A DNA stretch of 64,000 bases, taken from NCBI GenBank assembly GCA_963783305.1, contig CAWAMW010000007.1, positions 256,001 to 320,000 on the forward strand, read 5' to 3'. This document shows, piece after piece, positions 1 through 10,527 of the stretch (positions are counted from its first letter, which is position 1; each line of letters starts with the position of its first letter). The position numbers and the translations under genes are program-made. The stretch is from an uncultured Gemmatimonadales bacterium. Lineage in GTDB: Bacteria; Gemmatimonadota; Gemmatimonadetes; Longimicrobiales; RSA9. The notes under the pieces are model-generated. The model was not told where the DNA came from. It saw only the letters and a program-made list of their open reading frames with translations, and did no database searches.

Positions 1-1549
1 TGCCCGGCGCGCGCATCCATCCCGTCGGGATCCCGGACGGCATCATGGACGCGGCGAGCATGAAGTTGGGGACGAAACCTGCAGGGAACTCGGAGCTCCG
101 GATGCTCGCGGCGGTGGCGAAGCGTTCTCCGTCGCCCAACGAGACGAAGTGGTCACGCCAGGCGGTGATCCGGCCCTGTGCGTCGACGCCGCCGCTCAGG
201 TAGTGCCAGCCGGCGGGGCGGTACATGTCGTGCCGCACGTCATCCTCGCGGGACCAGACCAGCTTGACCGGGTGGCCGACCTCGCGGGAGATGCGGGCGG
301 CCTCCACCATGTAGTCGTTGTCGAGTCGGCGCCCGAATCCGCCGCCGCACCGCAGAAGGTGGATCGTCACGTCGCTTTCGGGGATGCCGAGCGTATCGGC
401 TACCCGGGTCCGGCCCCAGTCCGGCGTCTGCGTCGGCGCCCAGATCTCAATGGTGCCGTCGCCTTTCCAGTGCGCCGTGCAGTTCTGCGGCTCCAGCGGC
501 GCGTGGCTGAGGAAGGGATAGTGGTAGGCTCTCTCGATGGTGGTGGCCGCGCGAGACATGGCGACGTCGAAGTCGCCGTTGCTCCGGAGCGTCTGCTGCG
601 GTGACCCTGCGGCCAGCTCGTCGGCCTGGCGCTGGAACCCAGCGCTGCTTTGCGACGCTGTTTCGCCCTCGTCCCACTCCACCCGCAGCACGTCGCGGCG
701 GGCCGAGTGGGCATCCCACCACGTATCGGCCACGACGGCGACGCCGCCCAGCAGGCCCCTCAGGTCGTCGCCGCCCTCGACGACGAACGCGTGCCGGACG
801 CCCGGCGCGCGGCGAACCGCTTCCAGGTTTGCGCTCGCCACGCGGCCGCCGTAAACCGGGCACTTCTCGAACACGGCGTACAGCATCCCCCGAACGGTGT
901 GATCGATGCCGAACAGTGGCTGCCCCGTCACGATGGCGTGATTGTCCACGCCCGGGATCGGCGTGCCGATGATGCGGAAATCTTCCGGGTTTTTGAGCGG
1001 GACCGACTCGAGGGCCGGCGGCGAGAGGGTGGCAGCGCGGTCGAGGAGGTCGACGTAGGCGAGTCGCCTGCCGCTGGACCCGTGTACCACCACACCCGGC
1101 TCCGTGCTCACCTCATCCGCGGGGACGCCCCACTGCTCGGCCGCGGCCCGCATCAGCATCCGGCGGGCCGCGGCGCCCACTCGCCGCATGGGCATCCAGT
1201 GCGTTGGCGTGGCCGTGCTGCCGCCCGCGAACTGCCGCTCGTAGCGGTCGTCATGGGACGCCTGGGTCACGCGTACGCTCGACCACGGCACGTCCAGCTC
1301 GTCGGCAATGATCATGGGCAGCATTGTCTTCACGCCCTGCCCGATCTCCGGGTTCTGCGCCACAATCGTGACGCGTCCGTCCGGAGTCATGCGGATGAAC
1401 GCGTTGGGCTCGAAGTCCGCGAGCCCCGTAGCCGCCGCGTCGCCGAAGTCGAGGTAGGTGGCCAGCATCAGCCCACCGCCGGCGAGAGCGGACACGCGCA
1501 GGAAGCTGCGGCGGTCCATGGCGCCGGGGCTGGGGGCTGGAGTGCTCAT
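1..1549 (-). CDS. iorB: Xanthine dehydrogenase-family molybdopterin-binding subunit (isoquinoline 1-oxidoreductase beta-like), 3' end outside window
   Basis: Manual translation from ATG 1549 gives [29 protein letters not shown] (Tat motif) and [19 protein letters not shown]; the same frame gives [21 protein letters not shown] at base 1. ATGA overlap with the upstream 2Fe-2S gene. Confidence 0.9.
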   Translation of the reverse strand, partial: MSTPAPSPGAMDRRSFLRVSALAGGGLMLATYLDFGDAAATGLADFEPNAFIRMTPDGRVTIVAQNPEIGQGVKTMLPMIIADELDVPWSSVRVTQASHDDRYERQFAGGSTATPTHWMPMRRVGAAARRMLMRAAAEQWGVPADEVSTEPGVVVHGSSGRRLAYVDLLDRAATLSPPALESVPLKNPEDFRIIGTPIPGVDNHAIVTGQPLFGIDHTVRGMLYAVFEKCPVYGGRVASANLEAVRRAPGVRHAFVVEGGDDLRGLLGGVAVVADTWWDAHSARRDVLRVEWDEGETASQSSAGFQRQADELAAGSPQQTLRSNGDFDVAMSRAATTIERAYHYPFLSHAPLEPQNCTAHWKGDGTIEIWAPTQTPDWGRTRVADTLGIPESDVTIHLLRCGGGFGRRLDNDYMVEAARISREVGHPVKLVWSREDDVRHDMYRPAGWHYLSGGVDAQGRITAWRDHFVSLGDGERFATAASIRSSEFPAGFVPNFMLAASMMPSGIPTGWMRAPG

Positions 1550-2082
1550 GAGGCGTCCTCCCGTGGCTCATGGCGGCGACCCCCGCCGTCCGGTCCACCC
1601 ACGCCGGTGGACCCGTTCGAGGTGGCCGCGGCGGACGCGGCGGCCCGGTGGATGGCTTCGCGGATCCGAAGGTAGGTGCCGCAGCGGCAGATGTTGCCGT
1701 TCATGGCGGCGTCGATGTCGTCGTCCGTGGGGCGCGGATTGCGCTCGAGCAGCGCCGCGGCCGACATGAGCTGGCCCGCCTGGCAATACCCGCACTGTGG
1801 CACGTCGAGCTCCTGCCAGGCCTCCTGCAGGGCGTGGGTGCCGTCCGGTGAGAGCCCCTCGACGGTCCGGACCCGGCCCCCGGCCACGGCGGAGACGGGC
1901 GTGATGCACGAGCGCGTGGCCGAGCCATTGAGGTGGACGGTGCACGCTCCGCACTGGGCCATGCCACAGCCGAACTTGGTGCCCTTCAGGTCCAGCACGT
2001 CGCGCAGGACCCAGAGCAGCGGCATGTCGCCGCGGACGTCGACGCTCTGCGCCTCGCCGTTGACTTCAAAAGAGAGCTTCAT
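1546..2082 (-). CDS. iorA: (2Fe-2S)-binding subunit, isoquinoline 1-oxidoreductase alpha-like
   Basis: Motifs [25 protein letters not shown] and NICRCGTY. Confidence 0.93.
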   Translation of the reverse strand: MKLSFEVNGEAQSVDVRGDMPLLWVLRDVLDLKGTKFGCGMAQCGACTVHLNGSATRSCITPVSAVAGGRVRTVEGLSPDGTHALQEAWQELDVPQCGYCQAGQLMSAAALLERNPRPTDDDIDAAMNGNICRCGTYLRIREAIHRAAASAAATSNGSTGVGGPDGGGRRHEPREDAS

Positions 2083-2451
2083 GAGGGGGGCTCCGCTTGG
2101 GAGGTGGGACAAAAGTTAAACCGACCGGGAATGCATGGCCAGGCTACGGCGCGACGGGTCTGGCGGGTAGACCGGTGGGGAGGTGATCAGGGGTGTGGGG
2201 CCGGTCCCGGCCGCGGCGTATGGGGGGGGTAGCCAGCGATGACTCAAACAAGAAACGGACGCGCCTCCCGACGACCCTTCGCGGCAAGTGTCCCTCCGCT
2301 GTTTGTCGTGTGGCCGCCGTCCTACATTCCATCTGCGCCGTCTGCGAGCGGCCTCGGGGGCCCGCGGTCTACGGGCGGACCGCCTCTTCCGGTTGACGGG
2401 TGGCGATTATCCCGCGACCATCCGTCCGACGTGAACCGGACTACAACGGGA

Positions 2452-2814
2452 ATGCGACGACTCCTCGCGCTGACACTGCTGATCCTGACAAGCGCCGCCT
2501 CCATGGAGGAGGTGGTGGGCGTCGTGCGGGACGGCGAGGTGCATCACGAGAGTACTGTGGCCGCAGCGACACACGCCCAGGCGTCTGCGGGTGACCATGG
2601 CCATGAAGATACCGCTCACTCGGGTGAGCACCGGCACGGCGAGGGCCATGATCACGGCACTACGGGTGACCACTGCACGCACACCCACGGTCCCGCGGTC
2701 CTGACCACGACCCCGCCTCCTCTCCTCGTCGAGACGGACGAGGAACTTGTTACTGAGAGCGCGCTCCCGCGCGCGATCGTCTCCGACGGGTTCGCCCACC
2801 CTCCCCGGGCGTAA
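2452..2814 (+). CDS. Small His-rich exported protein (CzcI-like leader of metal efflux operon)
   Basis: Signal-like MRRLLALTLLILT, His-rich HGHEDTAHSGEHRHGEGHDHG, DHCTHTHG and C-terminal HPPRA; directly upstream of the TolC gene. Confidence 0.7.
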   Translation: MRRLLALTLLILTSAASMEEVVGVVRDGEVHHESTVAAATHAQASAGDHGHEDTAHSGEHRHGEGHDHGTTGDHCTHTHGPAVLTTTPPPLLVETDEELVTESALPRAIVSDGFAHPPRA

Positions 2815-2963
2815 TCCCCTGACGCGGCGCCGTCGCTGACGCGACGCCTCGCCGCTCGATCGAAAGCACCCACAACACAGCCGATCGATCGGATCCGTGC
2901 CCTGCACGGGCGCCTCCGCGCGTCCGTCCCGGTGGCACGGTTCCACGGAGACGAGAGACAGAG

Positions 2964-4265
2964 ATGAACCCACGACGAGCGAGTGCGCTCGCGGCCCTCC
3001 TGGCCGTGTGCGCGGCGGCGCCGTCGCTGGCGGCTCAGATGCCGCCGGCCGACGGGGCCACACCCGCCGACACGCTGCGCCTGACGCTTTCCGACGCCCA
3101 GCGACGCGCCCTCACAATGAATCCGGCCTTCCTGGCCGATGCTACGGCAGGGGAGATCGCGCGCGGGGAGCTGCGCCACGCCCGGGTCTATTCCTACAAC
3201 CCCCAAGCGGAGTTCGACGCCCCAGGGTCCGCATCGGCCGGCGAGCTGGGGGCGTATGAAGCGCGCCTGGCCCAGGAGGTGGAGTGGGCCGGGCAGCGAG
3301 GCCTCCGGATCGACGCGGCGGAGATCGGCGTCGCCCGGGCCGAGCGCAGTGTGGCGGATGCGGCCCGACGGACGCTGGCCGACGTGAGCGTGGCGTTCTA
3401 TACGGCGCTGGCGGCCGAGGAGCGGCTGCGGGTGGCGACCGAGGTGGCCGGGCTGAACGAGCGGCTGATGGAGGCGGTGCGCATCCAGCTCCGGGAGGGC
3501 GAGATCAGCATCATGGAGGCGAACCTGGCCGCGATCGAGGTCGGGCGTGCCCGTGCGCGAGTGCTGTCTGCCCGGCGCACGGCCACATCCGCGCAGCTGG
3601 CCCTGGGGCGGCTGGTGGGGGCACCGCCGGAGGTGGCCGTCCGGGTGGAGACGGAGGTGGCGCCGGCGCCGGCACCGAAAACCCTCGACCCCGACGGGCT
3701 TCTCGCGGCGGCGCTTGAGCAGCGTCCGGACCTGGCCGCGGCGGCCACGGCTGTCCTGCAGTCGGAGACGCTGACCCGGCTCGCCCGCCGGGAGGCGATT
3801 CCGAACCTCGAGATCGTGGCCCTCGCGGAGCGGGACGGGATCGGGAGCGAGCCGCGGGTGGGGCTCGGCGTGGGACTCCCGCTGCCGTTCTGGGATCGGA
3901 ACCAGGGGGTGGTCGCCCGCCGCAGGGCCGAAACCGATCGGGCGGCGTACGTCCTGGAGGCGACGCGGCTCGAGGTCCGGACGGAGGTGATCGATGCCTA
4001 CCGCTCCTACGTGGCCGCGGCGGAGGAGGTCGCGGTCTTCGAGGCGGACGTGCTGGAGCCGGCCCAGCGGACCCAGGAGATGCTGGAAACGGCGTACGAG
4101 GCGGGGAAGACGGACCTGAGCGCGCTGGTCCTTCTGCGAAACCAGCTGCTGGATGCGGAGCTGTCGTACTGGGAGGCCTGGCTGGCGCAGCGGGAGGCGC
4201 TGGTGCGACTGCGGGCCGCTACGGGCGAGCTGACGATCGAGGACCTGAACGGAAGTGACCGATAG
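2964..4265 (+). CDS. czcC: TolC-family outer-membrane efflux protein (CzcC-like)
   Basis: Signal peptide, ALEQRPDL, GVGLPLPFWDRNQG and YEAGKTDL; first gene of the RND triad. Confidence 0.88.
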   Translation: MNPRRASALAALLAVCAAAPSLAAQMPPADGATPADTLRLTLSDAQRRALTMNPAFLADATAGEIARGELRHARVYSYNPQAEFDAPGSASAGELGAYEARLAQEVEWAGQRGLRIDAAEIGVARAERSVADAARRTLADVSVAFYTALAAEERLRVATEVAGLNERLMEAVRIQLREGEISIMEANLAAIEVGRARARVLSARRTATSAQLALGRLVGAPPEVAVRVETEVAPAPAPKTLDPDGLLAAALEQRPDLAAAATAVLQSETLTRLARREAIPNLEIVALAERDGIGSEPRVGLGVGLPLPFWDRNQGVVARRRAETDRAAYVLEATRLEVRTEVIDAYRSYVAAAEEVAVFEADVLEPAQRTQEMLETAYEAGKTDLSALVLLRNQLLDAELSYWEAWLAQREALVRLRAATGELTIEDLNGSDR

Positions 4266-5438
4266 ATGAGAACCGCGACATACAACCTCGGATGGATTGC
4301 GGCGGCGCTGGCTGTGCTGGCGGCGGGATGCGGTGACGGATCGAACGGCGCCGGAGGCGCTGGCGATGAACACGAGGAGCATGCCGAGAATGGCGCACCG
4401 GGCATGGAGCTGGTGGAACTCGACTCTACCGCCCTCGCCATGGCCGGGATCGAGATCGGCGTGACGGACACGGTGCACTCCACGGCCCTGCCCGCGACCG
4501 GGACCATCACCTATGACCAGAACCGGGTCAGCCACATCGGTCCCCGAACGGAGGGGCGGATCCTGAGCCTGCGTACCGACCTCGGCGCTCGCGTCCGGTC
4601 CGGACAGGTGCTGGCGGTGCTCGAGAGCCCGGACGTGGGTGCTACCCGGGCGGACCTGCACGAGGCCGAGTCCATGGTCGAGATCGCGCGGGAGAACTAC
4701 GAGCGGGAGCGTCGTCTCGAGGAGCAGGGGATCTCGAGCCGCCGGGAGCTGCTGGAGGCGGAGCGGGAGCTCCGCCAGGCGGAGGCGGCGCTGCTCCGGG
4801 CCGGAGAGCGGCTCCAGGCGCTGGGCGCGGGCCATGGCGACGGGAGCCAGTTCACCGTCACGGCCCCGTTCGACGGCGTGGTGGTCGAGAAGCACGCCAC
4901 CCAGGGCGAGGTCGTGGGGCCGTCGGACCAGCTGTTCACCGTGGCGGACCTGGGCCGGTTGTGGATCGAGCTGGACATCTACGAGCGGGACCTGCGTCGT
5001 GTGGCGCTGGGCCAGCCGGTGCGCGTCACCACGACAGCCTACCCGGACCGGTCCTTCGACGGCGAGATCGTCTACATCGGCGACATCCTGGACCCCGGAA
5101 GCCGAACCGTGCGGGCGCGGGTCGAGGTGGAGAACCTCGCGGGCGCGCTCCGGCCTGGAATGTTCGCCCGGGCCGCGATCCGGGTTTCGGGCGAGAGCAG
5201 CGTCGTCGTAGTGCCCCGGGGCGCCGTGCAGACGATCGAGGGGCGGCAGGTCGTGTGGGTCGAGGGCGAGCTCCCGAGCCGGTTCCGGGCCCAGCCCGTG
5301 GAAACGGGCCAGACGCTTCAGGGCGACAGCATCGAGATCCTGAGCGGGCTGGATCCCAACGAGCGGATCGTTACGGAGGGCGCCTTCACGCTGAAGGCCC
5401 AGCTCTCCAAAGGCGAGTTCGGCGGACACGGGCACTGA
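4266..5438 (+). CDS. czcB: RND periplasmic adaptor (CzcB-like), lipoprotein
   Basis: Lipobox LAAGC, TAPFDGVV, LRPGMFAR and C-terminal GGHGH. Confidence 0.9.
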   Translation: MRTATYNLGWIAAALAVLAAGCGDGSNGAGGAGDEHEEHAENGAPGMELVELDSTALAMAGIEIGVTDTVHSTALPATGTITYDQNRVSHIGPRTEGRILSLRTDLGARVRSGQVLAVLESPDVGATRADLHEAESMVEIARENYERERRLEEQGISSRRELLEAERELRQAEAALLRAGERLQALGAGHGDGSQFTVTAPFDGVVVEKHATQGEVVGPSDQLFTVADLGRLWIELDIYERDLRRVALGQPVRVTTTAYPDRSFDGEIVYIGDILDPGSRTVRARVEVENLAGALRPGMFARAAIRVSGESSVVVVPRGAVQTIEGRQVVWVEGELPSRFRAQPVETGQTLQGDSIEILSGLDPNERIVTEGAFTLKAQLSKGEFGGHGH

Positions 5439-5448
5439 GGGGGCGACG

Positions 5449-8400
5449 ATGATCGACAAGCTGATCGATTTCGCCCTCCGCCAGCGGCTGCTGGTGCTCG
5501 TGGGCACGGTGGCGCTCTTCGGGGCGGGCGCGTGGGCGTACACGCGCCTGCCGGTGGACGCCTACCCGGACATCTCGCCCGCGCTGGTACAGGTGTTCAC
5601 GGAGACGGAAGGCCTCGCGCCGGAGGAGGTGGAGCAGCTCGTCACCTACCCGGTGGAGGTGGCGATGAACGGGCTGCCCGGGCTGGAGGAGATCCGGTCC
5701 GTGAGCAACTTCGGGCTCTCCGTCGTCAACATCTATTTCGAGGAGGGGACGGACATCTATTTCGCGCGGCAGCTCGTGAACGAGCGGCTGCAGCAGGCGC
5801 GGGAGGGGATCCCGGCGGGGCTCGGCGAGCCGGTCATGGGGCCGATCTCCAGCGGCCTGGGCCAGATCCTCTTCTACTACCTCGACGACGAGACGGGGGA
5901 GTACACGCTGGAGGAGCTGCGGACGATGGAGGACTGGATCGTCAAGCGGAACCTCCAGACCATCCCGGGCGTGACCGAGGTCCTCTCCATCGGCGGGCAC
6001 GTGAAGCAGTACCAGGTGGTCGTGGATCCGAACCGGCTCCGACAGTACGGACTGTCGCTCCACCAGGTGCTGGAGGCGGTGGAGCAGAACAACCTCAACG
6101 TCGGCGCGAGCTACCTCGAGGTAGCCAGCGAGGAGTACCTGGTCCGCTCGATCGGGCTGGCCCAGAACCTTGCCGACATCGAGGACATCACCATCGAGAC
6201 CCGGGAGGGCACACCCGTCCGCGTGGGTGAGATCGCCGACGTGCGGATCGGGCCGGAGATCCGGCGCGGGCTGGTGACCCGGAACGGCGAGGGCGAGATC
6301 GTCGTCGGGTTCGTGCTGAAGCTGCTGGGCACCAATACCTCGACCGTGATCGACCGCGTCCAGGAGCGGCTGGACGTGATCCGGGACGCGCTCCCCGAGG
6401 GCGTCCGTCTGGTGCCGTACTACGAGCAGGCGAGCCTGGTGGGCCGGGCCACGACCACGGTGACGAGTGCGCTGTGGCAGGGGCTCATCCTGGTGGTGAT
6501 CGTGCTGGCGCTCTTCCTGGGCAACCTGCGGTCTTCCGTGATCGTGGCGCTGAGCCTGCCCTTCTCCATCCTGCTGGCGTTCCTGCTCATGAAGCAGTTC
6601 GGTGTGAGCGCGAACCTCATGTCGCTGGGCGGGCTGGCCATCGGGATCGGGATGATGGTGGACGCGGCCATCGTCGTCGTGGAGAATGTGTTCCGATGGC
6701 TGAAGGAGGATCCGGACCCGGATGAGCCGAAGCTCCACCTCGTGGCCCGGGCGGCGCGCGAGGTCGGCCGACCCGTGTTCTTCGCCATTGCCATCGTCAT
6801 CATCGTCTTCCTGCCGCTGTTCACGCTTCAGGGCGTGGAGGGGACGATGTTCCGGCCGCTGGCCTACACCATCTCCATGGCCATGGTCGGCTCGCTCCTC
6901 TTCTCGCTTACCGTGGCGCCCGTGCTCGCGTCGTTCCTCCTGAAGCGGGAGCCGAGGGAGGCGAACGCGGCGGAGGACGAAGACGACGAGGTCGCCATCG
7001 TACGCTGGCTCCAGCGAAGGTACCAGCCGCTGCTGGCGTGGGCGTTGGACCACAAGAAGGCCGTCATCGCGGGAACCGCCGGGTTGATCGTGATCGGCGC
7101 CGGCGTCTTCCCGTTCCTCGGCACCGAGTTCATCCCGCAGCTCAACGAGGGGACCATGCTGGTCCGAGCGACGTTGGCGCCGTCGATCTCACTGAGCGAG
7201 GCGACGGCGACGGTAGAACGGATAGAGCGGGAGTTCCTGCGCTACCCGGAGGTGACGCAGGTGGTGAGCCGCATCGGGCGCGGGGAAGTGGGCGCGCATG
7301 CGGACCCGGTGAACAACGCCGAGATGTTCGTGGACCTGAAGCCCCGGGGCGAGTGGGAGACCGCCGGTAGCCAGGACGAGCTGGTGGAGGCCATGAGCGA
7401 GCGGCTGGAAGCGTTCCCGGGCGTCCAGCTCAACTTCACGCAGCCCATCGCGGCCGCGGTGGACGAGCTGCTCACGGGCACGAAGGCCGAGCTCGCCATC
7501 AAGCTCTTCGGCGACGACCTGGACGTCCTGCTCGACAAGGCGAACGAGATTGCGGCCGTTGTGGGCGAGGTCGAGGGCGCGTCCGAGGTCCAGGTGGACC
7601 AGGTGACGGGTCAGCCCCAGCTCAAGATCACGCTGGATCGCGGCGCGCTTTCCCGGTACGGGATCCCGGTCGAGCACATCCAGCATGAGATCCGGGCGGC
7701 CATCGGCGGCGCCGTGGCCGGGCAGGTCTTCGAGGGCGAGCGACGGTGGGCGATCTACGTCCGCTACGCCCCCGAGTTCCGGGCGACTGCGGAGGACGTG
7801 GCTTCGCTGCTGATCGACGCGCCGGACGGGTCCATGGTCCCGGTGGGGCAGCTGGCGGACATCCAGACGCTGATCGGGCCGCGGCAGATCTCGCGGGAGC
7901 AGAACCAGCGCTACATCACGATCCAGCTGAACGTGCGGGGCCGCGACATCGGCGGGTTCGTGGAGGAGGCGGGCGGGGCGATCCAGCAGGCGGTCGAGTT
8001 GCCGGCCGGCTACCTGACGAGCTTCGGCGGCCAGTTCGAGCTGGCCCAGGCGGCGAACAAGCGGCTGATGATCGTCATCCCGATTACGCTGATCCTGATC
8101 TTCGGGATGCTCTTCGCGAGCTTCGGCTCCCTGAAGGAGGCGCTGCTCATCCTGCTGAACATCCCACTGGCGCTGGTGGGCGGGCTTGTGGCGCTGCTGG
8201 TCACCGGGCAGAGCCTGTCGGTGCCGTCGAGCGTCGGGTTCATCGCGCTGTTCGGGATCGCCGTCGAGAACGGCCTGGTCCTGGTCACCTATTTCAACCA
8301 GCTCCACCGCGAGGAGGGCCTCTCGATCCGGGAGGCGGTGGAGCGGGGCTCCATGCTCCGGCTCCGACCGGTGCTCATGACCGCTCTGACCACGACGCTG

Positions 8401-8559
8401 GGGCTCGTCCCCCTGCTGCTGGCCAGCGGGGCCGGCTCCGAGGTCCAGCGGCCGCTGGCTATCGCCGTGGTCGGCGGGCTGGTCACGTCCACCGCCCTGA
8501 CTCTCCTGGTGCTGCCGGTGCTGTACGGCTGGCTGCACCGCGAGCCCGTGAGATACTGA
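5449..8559 (+). CDS. czcA: CusA/CzcA-family heavy-metal efflux RND transporter
   Basis: 1036 aa; LPVDAYPDIS, ANLMSLGGLAIGIGMMVDAAIVVVEN and RLRPVLMTA. Confidence 0.95.
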   Translation: MIDKLIDFALRQRLLVLVGTVALFGAGAWAYTRLPVDAYPDISPALVQVFTETEGLAPEEVEQLVTYPVEVAMNGLPGLEEIRSVSNFGLSVVNIYFEEGTDIYFARQLVNERLQQAREGIPAGLGEPVMGPISSGLGQILFYYLDDETGEYTLEELRTMEDWIVKRNLQTIPGVTEVLSIGGHVKQYQVVVDPNRLRQYGLSLHQVLEAVEQNNLNVGASYLEVASEEYLVRSIGLAQNLADIEDITIETREGTPVRVGEIADVRIGPEIRRGLVTRNGEGEIVVGFVLKLLGTNTSTVIDRVQERLDVIRDALPEGVRLVPYYEQASLVGRATTTVTSALWQGLILVVIVLALFLGNLRSSVIVALSLPFSILLAFLLMKQFGVSANLMSLGGLAIGIGMMVDAAIVVVENVFRWLKEDPDPDEPKLHLVARAAREVGRPVFFAIAIVIIVFLPLFTLQGVEGTMFRPLAYTISMAMVGSLLFSLTVAPVLASFLLKREPREANAAEDEDDEVAIVRWLQRRYQPLLAWALDHKKAVIAGTAGLIVIGAGVFPFLGTEFIPQLNEGTMLVRATLAPSISLSEATATVERIEREFLRYPEVTQVVSRIGRGEVGAHADPVNNAEMFVDLKPRGEWETAGSQDELVEAMSERLEAFPGVQLNFTQPIAAAVDELLTGTKAELAIKLFGDDLDVLLDKANEIAAVVGEVEGASEVQVDQVTGQPQLKITLDRGALSRYGIPVEHIQHEIRAAIGGAVAGQVFEGERRWAIYVRYAPEFRATAEDVASLLIDAPDGSMVPVGQLADIQTLIGPRQISREQNQRYITIQLNVRGRDIGGFVEEAGGAIQQAVELPAGYLTSFGGQFELAQAANKRLMIVIPITLILIFGMLFASFGSLKEALLILLNIPLALVGGLVALLVTGQSLSVPSSVGFIALFGIAVENGLVLVTYFNQLHREEGLSIREAVERGSMLRLRPVLMTALTTTLGLVPLLLASGAGSEVQRPLAIAVVGGLVTSTALTLLVLPVLYGWLHREPVRY

Positions 8560-8574
8560 TCGAGGAGGCAGACC

Positions 8575-8916
8575 ATGAAGATGATCATCGCGTTCATTCC
8601 GCCGTACAGGCTGGATCGGGTCACGAGGGCGCTGGAGCACGTGGTCGGGTTCCCCGGCATGACCGTCACCGAAGGCCGCGGCTTCGGCCGCGAGAAGCTG
8701 GCCGTGGGGGCCGAGGACCGGCGCGCGTCGCTGGAGGACTATACCGACGCGGCCCGGATCGAGGTCGTGGCCCACGACGGGCAGGTGGAGGGGATCGTCA
8801 CGGCGATTACCGAAGCCGCCCACACCGGCCAGCGCGGGGACGGCAAGATCTTCGTGCTGCCGGTCGAGCGGGCGGTGCGGATCAAGACGGGGGAAGAGGG
8901 GGAGGCGGCGGTCTGA
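8575..8916 (+). CDS. P-II family protein (metal-efflux-associated type)
   Basis: GMTVTEGRGFG and AHTGQRGDGKIFVLPVERAVRIKTGE. Confidence 0.92.
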   Translation: MKMIIAFIPPYRLDRVTRALEHVVGFPGMTVTEGRGFGREKLAVGAEDRRASLEDYTDAARIEVVAHDGQVEGIVTAITEAAHTGQRGDGKIFVLPVERAVRIKTGEEGEAAV

Positions 8917-9363
8917 TGTCGGCGGAAGGCTCGTGGAACCGGATCCGCTACACGCTCTGGTCGCCCATCTACGATCGCGTCGCCTCCTTCAGCCGATCGC
9001 GGCGGAGGTCCCTGGAGCTGCTGGCGGGTGGGAAACGCCCAGTCGCTTGACCTCCCGGACGCCAGCTTCGACGCCGTCGTCCTGCACCTCATCGTCGCGG
9101 TGGCCGATGATGGAGCGGCGGTGGTGCGGGAGGCGGCACGAGTCCTGAAGCATGGGGGGCGGGTCGTCATCTTCGACAAGTTCGCCCGGCGCGAACCCGG
9201 TCCCATACGGAGGATGCTGAACATCATCACCCACGCCCTGTTCTCGGACATCAACCGGAAGCTGGCGCCGCTGCTGGACGGGAGCGGCCTCGAGATCGTG
9301 CACCGCGAGACAGCGGCGTTCCGCGGACACTACGACATCATCCTGCTGCGGAAGGGAGCCTGA
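8916..9363 (+). pseudogene. Class I SAM-dependent methyltransferase, internally deleted and frameshifted
   Basis: N-terminal part (MSAEGSWNRIRYTLWSPIYD..RRRSLELL) joins out of frame near 9028 to GNAQSLDLPDASFDAVVLHLI..ARVLKHGGRVVIFDKF; the GxGxG motif I is absent. Confidence 0.75.
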
Positions 9364-9365
9364 GC

Positions 9366-10262
9366 ATGGGAGCCGGACACACACACGGTCCCCCGGCAGG
9401 AAGTCAGAACCGGAAGCGCCTGGCGATCACTTTGGGGCTGGTGCTCCTTTACATGGGGGCGGAGGTCGTCGGCGGAATCCTGACCAATTCCCTCGCCCTG
9501 CTGGCCGATGCCGGGCACATGCTCAGCGACGCTGCCGCGCTCGGCCTCGCCCTCTTCGCGATCTGGTTCGCCCGACGCCCCGCCACGGCGAGCCACACGT
9601 TCGGCTACTACCGCACGGAAATCCTGGCCGCGCTGGCGAACGGGGCCACGCTCGTGGCGATCTCCATCTACATCTTCGTGGAGGCATTTCAGCGCTTCCG
9701 GGAGCCGCCGGACGTCGAGGGTGGGCTGATGATGGTGATCGCGGCGGGTGGGCTCGTGATCAACCTCGCGGGGCTCCTCATTCTCCGCGGAGGTCGCGAG
9801 GAAAGCCTGAACGTCCGCGGCGCGTGGCTGCACGTTCTGACGGACATGCTCGGAAGCGTTCAGGCCCTGGTGGCGGGCGCTCTGATCTGGTGGTTCGGCT
9901 GGAACTGGGCGGACCCGGTGGCGTCGGTACTCATCGGGCTCCTCGTCATCTATTCCTCATGGGAGCTGCTGAAGGAGTCGGTCGGGGTGCTGATGCAGAA
10001 GGCGCCCGCCCGGATCGACGTGGACGAGCTACGTGACGCCATCATGGAGATGGACGGTGTCGTCGGCATCTGCGACATGCATGTATGGACGGTGACGAGT
10101 GGCCTCGAATCCATGTCCGCCCACGTCACCGTCGAGGAGGGCCGGGTCGGACGGGACATGCTGAGCCGGGTGCGAGAACTCGTTCACGACCGCTTCGGGA
10201 TCGACCACGTCACGATCCAGCTCGAGCCCGAGGGGTTCGAGGAACCGGAGGTAGCGTTCTGA
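9366..10262 (+). CDS. czcD: Cation diffusion facilitator (CzcD/ZitB-like)
   Basis: SLALLADAGHMLSD, NVRGAWLHVLTD and HVTIQLE. Confidence 0.93.
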   Translation: MGAGHTHGPPAGSQNRKRLAITLGLVLLYMGAEVVGGILTNSLALLADAGHMLSDAAALGLALFAIWFARRPATASHTFGYYRTEILAALANGATLVAISIYIFVEAFQRFREPPDVEGGLMMVIAAGGLVINLAGLLILRGGREESLNVRGAWLHVLTDMLGSVQALVAGALIWWFGWNWADPVASVLIGLLVIYSSWELLKESVGVLMQKAPARIDVDELRDAIMEMDGVVGICDMHVWTVTSGLESMSAHVTVEEGRVGRDMLSRVRELVHDRFGIDHVTIQLEPEGFEEPEVAF

Positions 10263-10289
10263 GGTCGGTCAGTCGCGGAGGAGCCAGGC

Positions 10290-10497
10290 CCGCGCGTGGC
10301 TTCGACAACTTCGTCCCCCATTCCTCCCACTTGTTCTCGCCCACGATGGCGATCCGGTCCATCTCGTCCTGGTGCGTCGCGTCGAACTTCACGTCCTTCC
10401 ACAGTCCTCCCGGATCCCGATCTCGATCGGCCCCATGATCACGCGACCGAACGCATCGTGATCGACGTGGAAGGTCGTCAACTTCGAGCCGATCATC
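10290..10497 (-). pseudogene. SpoIIAA-like (STAS/SEC14 domain) gene remnant
   Basis: Fragment DPGGLWKDVKFDATHQDEMDRIAIVGENKWEEWGTKLSKP; no intact ORF, limits approximate. Confidence 0.6.
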
Positions 10498-10527
10498 GTG
10501 TTCAGGAGTAGGGTTCCCACCTCGCGG

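Noticed and set aside
2281..2318. Loose similarity to 11041-11079 (shared GTGTGGCCGCC) that might bracket the metal operon
   Set aside because: Only an 11-bp exact core plus patchy identity; expected by chance in GC-rich DNA
2652..5543. 963-aa antisense ORF and other long shadow ORFs (e.g. 14413-16998, 57966-60989, 33305-35083)
   Set aside because: They overlap well-supported genes, have Arg/Pro/Gly-rich composition and no motifs; typical of high-GC sequence
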